Positions 35,966-47,900 of a DNA stretch of 64,000 nucleotides are shown here, one piece after another. How positions within the stretch are numbered: position 1 is the stretch's first letter; each line of letters begins with the position of its first letter. This DNA is from Lepidodermella squamata (taxonomy: Eukaryota > Animalia > Gastrotricha): the NCBI GenBank assembly GCA_047495785.1, contig JBLDXI010000033.1, positions 1,116,001 to 1,180,000 on the forward strand, read 5' to 3'. The translations under genes and the position numbers were made by a program. The notes under the pieces were generated by a model. That model was not told the DNA's origin. It saw nothing but the letters and a program-made list of their open reading frames with translations, and did no database searches.

Positions 35966-38900
35966 TTACACGCTATGTAACACCTGTGATGCTTTTTTCA
36001 CTTTCGCCTGAGCTGTGCCGAATAAATGTTCATCACTCTGCACGTTCGGCCCTACGCATATCGGCGTATTTGACCATTTCCCGTTTGGTAGACAGCTGAT
36101 GAATTCGGGCCCTTCGAGTTGCGCACCAGGTTGCCGACACGAAAATTTCACTCGGTCGCCAACTATCGAATCTCGACCAGCGAAATTCGGCTGATTCCGA
36201 CTGTTAGGTATCACAGGTATCCTGCCACAACTCCCTGGGAAAAAATCGTTAATAAAATAAAAATATTGATAAGTTTAATAATTGACTCACGTATGCATTT
36301 AGGCGCTTGGCTCCAGGTTCCATCATGACCGCAAACCGATTTTAGCGGTCCTAATAGGACATGTCCAGGGTGGCAGAAGTAGAGCACTGACTCGCCCTCG
36401 GTATACGTAGTCGATGAACTCGTGTTCGAGCTGTTATTAGCAGCCGATGAAGCAACAGTGGCGGCTACGTGGTGTTGATGCGAGGCTGAAGTTCCATGCC
36501 CGAAGGACGAGCTTCGAATCACTCGGGCGTTGATAACCTCTGGCGGTTGGGGACAGGGCCGGCGGCAAACGGCGACTGGAGGCGCCCATCGGCCGTCGAT
36601 ACCGCAACTTGCCATGTTAGGGCCGGAGAGGGAGACGCCGGATTCGCAGCCTAAAATGACTTTATCGCCAGGTTTCGAATTGCCGTAGTACAACTTGATA
36701 ATCTTGCTGTTTGGACTCGGTGGGAATTCGCCACAACCAGACACTAAAGAAAAAAGAATGAGTTTTTTAAATAAAATAAATTATAAAAAAATACTTCAAT
36801 ACTTAATTGAAAATTTGAAAATGTTGAATTTTATGGAAAAATTTCAAATTTCAAATTTAAATTTCAAAAATTGTAGACAAATCCAACTTAAAATTTCAAA
36901 AAAATTCTAGAGCAAATGATCACTTACTTTCAAAGGTGTAAGCCATGTAAATGAAAGCATCAGTCAAATCCGAGGTCGATCGAACTTGTACCAGCAAATC
37001 TGTTGTATTCGTCAGTATCGTGACATTATGCTGCAAGCCGCAAAGCACGGCATAGGGCTGCAGCACCTCTGCCATCGCATCCGTAATTGTCACGTTATCA
37101 GTCATACAGCTCTTCACGCCTGTTTCATTCGCCAGCTTCATGTAGTCGATCGTTAGCTTGACGTAGTGAAGCGGCGGCGCTTTGATTATCCACCGGCAAA
37201 TGCGCGCCGGGTTCGGCCATTCGATGATACCCGATGTCGAATCAGACGCCTCGGTAACATCCGTACACTCCTTAACAGAAATCTCCGTAGTAGTCGTGGT
37301 AGGTTCTGTTGTCGTAGTCGTCGTTGTAGTCGTACTCGGGGTGGTCGTAGTCGTCGTAGTCGGCGTTGTAGTTGTAGTACTTGTCGTAGTCGTTGTTGGA
37401 GTGGTCGTCGTAGTCGTAGTTCTGGTTGTAGTAGTCGTAGTCGAGGTTGAGGTCGAACTTTCATTATCGTCGTGAATGTGGTAGAAATTTTCGTCGTCAT
37501 TATTCGCCGGCTTTGTCGTCGAGGTCGTCATCGCTTTCCGCCTCCCTTCCTTCTTCCTCAAATGCTCCATCTGCTTCCGCATATTTTGGTAGTGATGACT
37601 CATTATCTCACCAATCGGCCTGTTCGCCAGGTGTTTCGGTAGATTAGCCAGGTCGATGACGGGGATAGTTTCATTCGCATTGTCGGTATCATTCAGCGAC
37701 TGGTTTTCCAACTCAGCGCTACTCGCCGAACTGTCGACGGACGAAATCGTGAAAATTATCGGCTCCATCTTCTGCGAGCCATGCGCCTGTTTGTGGCGAA
37801 GTCGCGCCTGGGCTGGCGTCGTCATCCGGGTAGTTTCAACCGATGGCTTCGTCACTAGACAATCAACAATTTTGTAGTGAAATTTGAAGCCTTCTCCCTC
37901 CTGCACGTGGTTCGTATTGAAGACGGTCGTCAAGTAATTTGAGGTGGATTGGACTGGTAGCAGGGTGTCTTTAGTCTCATCCGAGCCGCAATATTCAGCG
38001 ACGACCGCGGAAAATACCGAACTGCCGTCGTGAATGGTGACCCGATCAGCGTCAGTGCAGGGTGACAGCCTGACGTAGTCAGCCTGGAGCCGGATGCAAC
38101 GACCCGGGTACGCCTGGATGGTCCAGTAGCAGACATCGTTTGGGAAGTAAGTCTTCGACGAATGGCGGCTCGGGGACGTGAAATACCCGCTGTCGTTGCC
38201 TAGGGTGTAAGCCCGGCCTAAACAGGGTTCGATCAAAGGCCCGACATGGTCCTCCCCGGGCAACGTGGTCGTAGTTTCCGGGATAGCCTCGGCACACCTC
38301 GGCGGCTGGGTCCATTTGCCATCAGGTAGGCAGACAATCCTACGCTGGCCCTCGATTCTATACCCCTCCTGGCAGCTGTAAATCGCAGTTAAAACGCCTC
38401 GAATCGAATGATCGAATCTGATAATTGCGTTAGCAACAACAGGCGGGTAGGAGCAGAAAATCGTAGCCGGGTCATTCGACGGAGCCGTGTCGTTCGACAT
38501 CGGCATCGGGGGTAGGGATGGATCGCCGGTTCCAATCGTGCCGTTTGACTCGTGAAGCGTTTCCAGGGTCGACGAACTCGGCATCGGACTCATCTGGCCC
38601 TCGAAATTGTCGTTTTGAGTCGGTTTCAAACACTCAGGCACCGTCGACCAATCGCCGCTTTCCATGCATGTGATCACCCTGTTTCCGACCAATTTATGGT
38701 TAGATGATAGGCACTGGTACCAGGCGGTCGCGCCAACCCGGACTGAGTTGAAAACGACATAGGCATTAGGCACCCTAGGCGGGCGGCCGCACATTCGTTC
38801 AACGCATTGCGGGAATTTGGTCCAAGTCAGGTTACTCTGGCAGTAGACATTAGCCGGGGCGCCGCTGATGACGTAGCCAGGCGCGCATCGAACTTCAGCC

Positions 38901-41900
38901 CTTGAGTGGGGCAGCAGCTCGTTATACCAAACCATTCCGTTTTGAATGTAAGGCGGAACAGGGCATGTTAAGGGGGCCTGTGTTGTCGTAGCCTGCCTTT
39001 CATCCAAATGAAACGACAAGGGCGAATTGCTGTTCGCTATGAAGGAGTTACTCTCGACCAGGCCGAGAAGTGGATCGCGTTCGTAGTCGTTGAAATCAGC
39101 GCTATTCGCCTCGCCGTCGTAGTAATTGAGCGGGTACGGCGTGCAGCGAGGTGGCCGGGTCCACGTTAAATCATTCTGGCAACGAATAGCTGGTTCGCCC
39201 TTGAGTTGGAACCCGGGTATGCACGAATACGTGACCTGAGTTCCGATCTTCAAATTCGTCCATCGGCTCATTGATGAGTATTCGATTTCAGGCGGCAGAT
39301 CGCACGACGTTTCGAGGCATTTCAGCGACGTTTGGCTCCAGGTTCCATTTTGGAGGCAAATCAGCCGGATCATGGTACCAGGTCGGTCGGACGACGGCCG
39401 GCACCGATGGAGTGAAAACATCGCGTCACCCTTGGGGGTCGATCCGTAGTGCTCCAGAGTCGCTCCAGGGATGTTCGGCGGAGGTGGGCATTTATTACCC
39501 ATGAGCGCTAAAAAAATAAAAAAAAAATTGAAACTAAAATTAAAATTGAATTAAAAAAAAATATAAAAAAAGAATTGAAATTAAATTAGTAAAAATAAAT
39601 TAAAAAAATAATTAAAAATTAAAATTAAATTTAAATTTAAAAATTAAATAAAAGAAAAATTTAAATTTAAAAAAATTACGTTGACACTTCGGGATTTTAG
39701 TCCAGATGCCCGGTGGTACACATGTGATGGTACCGGGGCCTTGAAGCTGGAACCCGGATGAACAGGTGTAAATGGCTTGATCTCCAACCTCCCCAGATCC
39801 GTTGTACATCATAGCCGCATTTGAGATAGGCGGCGGCCTCTCGCAAAGTTTGCGAGCTGAATTGAGAAAAAGAAATGAATTTACTACTTTTGTTCAAAGT
39901 CTGATTTATTATCAACTAACGTTTGCACGCTGGTGTTTGAGACCACAGGCCATTTTTACCGCAAATAATTTCGTCATTACCAGTCAAGCTGTACCCGTCA
40001 TCACACGTGTACAGCGCTTTCGCCCCGTAGGCGATTCCGGAATAGGAAACCACGGCGTTGTCGATGATTGGCGGCTGGCCGCATGAAAACCCGCCGACCA
40101 CCTCCTCACACCTGGGCAGGACCGACCATTTACCATCCGCACCACAGGTCACACTGCGATTTCCCTCCATTTTGTAATCCTCGTCGCAGGTATAGACCAC
40201 AACAGTTCCAGGCTTTTGACTACCTGATGTTCGCATAGTCGCGTGGTCGACCTGAGGCGTAGGTGGGCAGGTTACGAATTCAATCGGAATTTCAACAACA
40301 GGCCGGGCTAAAATCGCGTCATCCATCCGACTGCTTATCATCATAACTGGCTGTGTCGGTAACGGGATGCATTCAGGCGGGCTGGTCCAGCGCCCGTCCC
40401 GTCGGCAAACAATTTTTTCCGGGCCATTACGGCCGAAACCAGGTAGACACGTGTAGATCGCCTCGGAATCAATTTTCCCAATACCGTCGAAGCGAACCTC
40501 GCTGAATTGAATTTCTGGCGGTTTGCCGCATGGCGGCGGTTCGAGGCACATCGGCGGCTCGGACCAGCGACCAGTTTCTAGGCAAGTTATCGTATCCTCT
40601 CCCTCCATATCAAACGCCTCATCGCAGGCGTAAGTCGCGTTTGAGCCGACAGTTAGTGTTGAGTAGTTCATTTTACCGTTTTGAATCTCAGACGGGCGAG
40701 GGCACGTGACTTCGAGGCATTGAGGCGGCGCGGTCCATAGCAACGAATCACCCATGCAGTAGGCCTTCTTACTACCCCGCATCTGAGTCCTGTTCAGGCA
40801 TCGGTAAATCGCGACGCTGCCTGGAGCTGTTGAGTTGAATTCGACCTCGGAATGGGCGATCCTAGGCGGTTTCCCGCAGCCTGTTTGCAGTAAACAATGC
40901 GGCGGCTCCTCCCAGGTGCCGTTTTCCAGGCATTTCGAAACCTGCCGTCCGATTAATTGCAGCTTCATCTCGCCCTTAGCCAAGCATTTGTACACAGCGA
41001 GAGATCCGACAGTTGTCAACGAATAGAAAACCTCGCCGTGTTCGATGTTAGGCGGCGGCGGGCACGACTTGTAAGCGTCAATGCAGCGGATCGTCGGTTT
41101 TTCCCATTGATTAGCGCCGATACAGTGGATAACGGGTGTTCCTGAGCTGGTTAAACCGTCGGCGCAGGTGTAGATGGCGATCGAATCGCGACCAGTGTCG
41201 GAGTAGTGGTAGGTGGCACCGGGAATTTCGGGAGGAGGTCCGCAGAGTTCGTACCGAGAAACCTCGACACCCTCGTAATCGGCAGGGTCAAAATTATCAT
41301 CCAGGGAATTCATCACCTTAAAAAGCCAAAAAGGATCTGGTTAGAATATCAAGGTGAAAATTCATTTTTCCGAATTTTAATTTTTTTTATTAATTTGAAA
41401 TATTTTCAAAATTTTCAAATAATTTTAAATTTCGAAATTTTAAATACTGACAAAAATCCCGTTCCAATGCTCTATTTTTCCTTACCTTTCCAGACTCATC
41501 ATATTCCGGCTCGAAATAGGGAGTCGTAGTGACCGTAGTTGTAGGCGTAGTTCTCGTTGTTTTCGGCCTTGTCGTAGTCGTTGTAGTCGGCTTGGGAGTA
41601 GTTGTCGTCGTAGTAGTGGTAGTTGAAGTCGTGGTACTCGTCGTAGTCGACGTACTTGTCGTAGCCGGCTCAAATCTCGGACCAGTCGATCCGACATACC
41701 GCGACGATTTGAACATATTCTTAACCAGGCCTGATCCTCGCGAACCAGCCGCCGCTAAATTCTCTTTCGGCACCGGCAGGGGTTTGCAATACGGCGGCTC
41801 ACTCCAATCGCCATCTGGCAAGCAATCGACGATTTTTGATCCAATTAATTCATAGTTATTGAAACACTGGTAGATCGCTAACGAGCCGGGTAGCAGCGAC

Positions 41901-44900
41901 GAATAACTGACGATGGCGTTCGGAATTTTCGGTGGATCTGGGCAGGTTAAGATCAGCGGAATCGTCGTAGTCGGCGTTGTAGTCGACTGAGTCGTTGTCG
42001 TAGTTCTTAAGGTGGTTGAGGTCGATGGCGGAATCTGGCAACTCGGCCCTGATGACCACGTTCCATTCGCCATGCAGGTGATGAAAGACGCACCCATCAT
42101 AACGTAACCAGGCAGGCAGATGTAGAAAGTTGTCGAGCCGACTTTAGTCGCTGAGTAGCCCATCGAAGCGTTGGGAATCGGCGGGGGTGGTCCGCAAGAT
42201 TTAGGCCGGCAATGAATGTCAGTTATCGTCCATTCGCCGTTGTTTAGGCACTCAATCCGCGGCTCAGACTCGCCAGCCATTTCAAACCCGTCTTTACAGG
42301 TGTAAGTCGCAACTGAGCCGATTTGAACTGATGAAACGTCGACATCTCCGTTGGAAATGGGCGGAGGCGGTGGGCAGAGAACGCTGAGGCAAACGGGTTG
42401 AGATTCGTTTGTAACGTCCTTGCCGTCCAACATTTGCCACTTGCCGCTTTTGGAGCATTTCAGCTGCGATTGGCCCTTCAGGGTATAGCCTTCATCGCAT
42501 CGGTAGGTTGAGACTGAATCGATTGAAAGCGACGGGAAGCTCACTCGGCCATTCAGCAATCGAAGCGGAACAGGACAACGAATTTCTAAAAATGATTAAA
42601 AATATTTTTTAAATTTTTATTAAAATTAAAATTTAATTTAATTTAACATTTTGTTAATTTTACTTTTTATTTTTTTTCAAATTGAATTTCAATTTCAATT
42701 TTCAAAATTTTGAAATGCAATTTTTGAAACTTTTCAAATTTGATTTCTATTTTTTTACAATTCATGAAATTTTGCAAATTTTAACAAACCTATGCATCTT
42801 GGAAGAGGCGATGTCCAGAGTCCACCCGGTCCACAAGTGATTGTATTATGGCCATCTAAGATGTAGCCTTCATAGCACGCATAGTTAGCGATCGAGCCGA
42901 CACTAATCGATTCGAAATAGACATTGCCGTTGGCGAGCGGTGGCGGGTCTGAGCAGGGCGTGTTCGCAGCCCGGCACAGTGGCGCATCTGTCCAGGATCC
43001 GTCCGATTGGCACGTGACCACACTTTCACCCACTAAGACGTAGCCGATATCGCAACGGTAGGTCGCGACCGATCCGACTGATAAAGCGGTTAACGAATAG
43101 ACCGCATTTTGCCGGGTTGGGGGCAGTAAACATGTCATTGGAGGTTCTGAAAAAATTGAGAATAAAAATAGGAATTAAAGTCGGAAAAAATCAACTGACG
43201 TTCACAAGTCGGGTGCTGTTCCCAGACCCCAGATTCAAGGCATCGAATGGTCGGAGATCCAATCAGGGCGTAGGTATCATCGCAAGAATACGTCGCAATA
43301 CTACCAGCTGAAACCGATTCGAAAGACGCGAAACCATGCTCAGGGTCGGGAGGAATCGAGCACTTCACGATGCTCTCTGAAAAATTAGGAATTAAGATTT
43401 TTCAAGAAAAACTCTGAGACTTACTCCTGCAATCAGGTGGAGAGCTCCAGTTTCCACTCGCCTCGCAAAACACGATGCCCGAATGGTTATTCGCGAACTC
43501 CCAACCGTTCTGGCACTTGTAGGTAGCAATCGAACCCGGGGCAGTTGAAGCATAGGTAACAGTGGCGTTTACCACAATTGGAGGTGCCGAACAACCAGCC
43601 GGTTTATCCACTGGAAAAAATTGTTAAATTTCGGATTTTTTTAAATCTAATTCCTTACTTGTGCAGCTAGGCCACTCCGAGTCCCAATCGCCGCTTTCAA
43701 GACATGTGAGCATGGGCGATCCAATCAGGGTAAAACCAGGTTCGCAGCTGTAAGTAGCCGTGGCACCGACCGCTAGTCGAGTGAACTCAACAACTCCATT
43801 TTCGACAAAATTCGGCAACGGGCAGATGACAGGCTGGCACTCGGGCGGCTGAGACCACTTGCCGGCCGTGTTACACCGAATCGTACCCTCGCCAACCAGC
43901 TTCATACCCGGCAGGCAAACGTACTCGGCATAGCTGCCAGGTAAACCGGTCGGTTTGTTGAGGATTCGGCCGTTTCGAACGGGTGGCGCTGGCCCGCAGA
44001 GGCCGGATGTCACCTCGAGGCAGAGGGGCGGGTCGGTCCATGTTTTGTTAGCCTGGCACGTGACTATGCTGGAGCCATGCGGGTTGAACCCATCCGAGCA
44101 CCGGTAAACTGCCGTAGCGCCGACCTCGCGATTCGGAACTGAAACCATCGCATTCGGGACAATTGGTGGCTCAGGGCAATAGACTGGTCTATGGGTTGTA
44201 GTCGGCTCGGTTGTAGTAGTCGTTGTCGTCGTCGTAGTAGTACTAGTCGTAGTCGTTGAAGTCGATGTTGTAGTAGTCGGCGGCTCGGTTGTAGGAGCCG
44301 GTGGCGGGTAGGGTGGGTACGTCAACTCAGCCGCTGTTCCTTCAACCTCAATTTCCAACTTGCTCATAGTTACAGCCGAGTCGAGATAGGCGATAGAACC
44401 AGACCGTTGGCAGGTCGGCGGTAGAGACCACGTGGCATTAGGCAGGCAAATCACAATGTTCGAACCAATCAGTTCATAGCCCTCTTCACACGCGAAAATC
44501 GCGACAGATTGAATTTCGGTCGAAGCGAATGATGCGAGCCCGTTTCGAACTTTGGGCGGGGAAGGGCAAAACAGCTTTTTCACAGCTGGGAAAAAATCAA
44601 AATTAAAATTCGAAAATTATTAAGGTGGAAGAAAAATTACGATTGCATTTAGGCCGTTCCGACCAGCCATTAGCCGCCGAGCAAAAAGCAACCGAAGGAC
44701 CTTCTAGCTCATACTCCTCAGCGCAGGTGTACATAGCAATTGACCCGAGAGGGGTTGACCAGAAGGTCGCGCGGCCGTTGTCAACGTTGGGAGCCACGTC
44801 GCAGACCGTATTTTTCGCCTCGCCTTTGCACACTGGCGGATCGGGTGTCCATTGGCCCGAGTTGAGGCAAAACAGGACGGACGAGCCTTGCATTGTGAAA

Positions 44901-47900
44901 TTTGCATTGCAGGAGTAGACAGCGACTGACCCGGCTGTGATATTATCAGGCGAGCTCACGTTACCGTTCGGAATCGGAATCGGAGTTGGACAGATATTGA
45001 TTTTCGGAATCACGATTTCTAAAAAAAAATCAATAAAAAATTGGGTAAAAATGTTTAAGGAGGAGTATTACTCTTGCAAACAGGAACTTCGGACCATGTC
45101 CCATTTTCGTCGCAAATCGCAGCTTTCGGACCTTCAAGGGTGTAACCCTCATCGCAGGTGTAATTAGCCGTTCCGCCAACGTGATGAGACGACACCTCGT
45201 AACGGCCGTTCTCGACAGAGGGCGGCGAAAATTTACAAATCGTCTCGTTCTTCTCCGGTTTGCACTCGGGCAACGACTTGAATGACCAGTTACCCGTCGC
45301 GAGGCAAAACGCCATTCTTTGCCCGACTAGATGGAACCCGGAGTTGCAGAAGATTGTCAGGACCGACCCGGCCTCTTGCCCTGTTGCCTCGAAATGGCCG
45401 TTAGACAGTGGCTCCAGTAATGGGCATTTGACAGGGGGCGGAACTTCGACGCATTCAGAGTTGACAATAGACCACTGGCCGTTGAGTTGGCAAACGGCGG
45501 TGTCTTCCCCGACCAGTTTGTACCCGGTATCGCAGCTGTACGACACGACATCGCCCGGGGTTCTGCCGGTCACGTGAGCCGTTCCGTGTGGGACATTCAT
45601 GTTAGGCTCAGGGCACATTGGCATTTCTCGGATGCATTTCGGCGCCTCCTGCCATGAACCGTCGGCTAGGCAAGAGACAGTTGATGATCCTTCCATTTTG
45701 AAGTAGTCGTGGCAGTGGTAACTGGCGATGGCACCGATTTGAGTCGAAGAGAAGTAGACATCTCCGTTTTCGATTTTCGATGGGTTTTGACACTTGGGAC
45801 CGGCTATAAATTGAGAAAATGAATTACTCAAAAATATCCGAAAAAGGTAGGTTAGAAAAAAATCAGATGTTCTAGAAATCAGAATTTTTTCAAAAAAAAA
45901 AATAAAAAAAATAGAGATTCATTGAAAGCGAGAATTAAAATTTAAAATTATTAAAATTTAAAATAAATCTTGAAAATTTCTTAAAAATTTGAAAAAATTC
46001 ATTTTGGAAATTTGACCCGCGTATTCAATTTTTTTAAATAATTATTTTTAAACTTACGCTCGCAAGTTGGCAATTGGCTCCATTTTCCGTCACCCTGGCA
46101 CAGCACCATAGACTGGCCCCTGACCTTGAACCCAGGATTGCAAGCATAGACCAGCGATGTGTTGTAGGAATACGCCCCATTGGAATTATCAGACGCCACG
46201 AAACCGTCCTTTAGCTCGGGCAATTTCGATGGGCAACGAAGCGGTTTGCAGTCAGGAATCGGCTGCGACCACTTGCCGTCGTCCTGGCACGTGATGAACC
46301 CATCCTCACCGTCTTGGAAAATGAACCCAGGTTTGCATAGGTACTTGGCAACGGCCCCGGTGACGGTTTGCGTGAAGGAAATCGCCGCGTTCGGGATGGT
46401 CGGCGGGTCCTGGCAATTTGCCTCTCGCGGCAGAAATTCGTAATCAAGCTGGAAACCCGGTTCATCACTCGCCTTCTTGCCAGACCTAAAGGTGACTAGC
46501 ACTTCATTCGACGTGGTTTTAAGAATCTTCGGTTGGCGGTATGATCCACAAGCTGCGAGTAACATTCTCGAGCCAAGATGCGGGCCATCGAAAATTTTCA
46601 AGCTATCATCGACGCATGCCATGGACTTCGCAATACTGCTGTTGTTCAATGTCAGCCGAATAACCTGATTAATCGGCGCACGGAACAGCCAGAAACACGT
46701 GTCTTCAGCGTAGTAGCGGCCGTTTCCGAAGCCGGGCGATGTGATGCGGCCTTTTGGCTGCGTCATAATCGCAAAGTATCCGTTGCATTTCGGACTTTCG
46801 CACCGGTCTGATACCATGTAGTCAAGGCCGATAATCGCATCGCGGCGCGATTTCGGGGTCGAATCTGAGATGAAGCGGATGAAAAGCGACTCGCTGGAAC
46901 TAGCGACTGAAACAGGTGGCTTCGACATGCGGTTGAAGATCAGCTCTCCGGTCGAGAACGAGTTCGGGCCGTCGTAGACTGTCAGTGTATCGGCGACTCC
47001 GTTCGGAATATTGAATGAGCCGAAAAGAAGTCGGATGCATTTGCGGGGAGGGGCGCGGATGTCCCAGTAGCAGTTGTCATCGGGCAGGTAATTCGGGCCG
47101 ATTACAATCGTACCAGCTGGTTCTGAGAGAAGCTGAACAGATCCGTTGCAACGCTCACCCGAAAGCCCGGAAACTGCGGCTGAAACGGCGCCGGGTTTAG
47201 AACCACCAGATTCATAGAAAACACCGTTCGGATGGTCGGATTCATCACCTTAAAAATTCGAAAATAAAATCCCACAGTTTTAGAAAATATGCAAATAATT
47301 ACTGAAAAATTGATAGTGGATCTTGAAGCCGGAATAGTAGCGGCCGACGATTGTTTTGAAGATGATGAGAACATCGCTGCCGCTCGACATGAGGTGGAAA
47401 GGCTGGTGTTTGCCGCAGAATTGGCCGATAACAGGTGAAGCAACGGCATGGGCGCCGTCGTAGACAGTCACATTGGCGAACGAGCAGTTGGTATCACTTT
47501 CCGAGCTCACATGCATCGACATCACTGCAAGCCTAAAAAAAATTCGAATAAAAAATAGTTTAAAAAGTTTCGATCAATTTTGATTCAAATTAAATTAAAA
47601 TTTCAAAAATTTTCAAATTTAAATTTTAAATTTTAAATTTTATATTAATTTTCAAAATTTTCAAAATTCATTATAATTTAATTTTCGAAGTGCGCTTTCA
47701 TACATATTTATGTATGAAATTTTTAACTTTCATACATATTTATGTATGACAAAATTAACTTTCATACATATTTTTTTTCATAAAATCGTGTTTTTTAGCC
47801 AAACTGTGATTAGGAATTGGGGTTGGGGGTTAGGGTTAGGTGCCAGGGTTCGGGTTAGGGTTAGGGTTAGGTTTAGAGTTTGGTTAGGGTTCACGGTTAA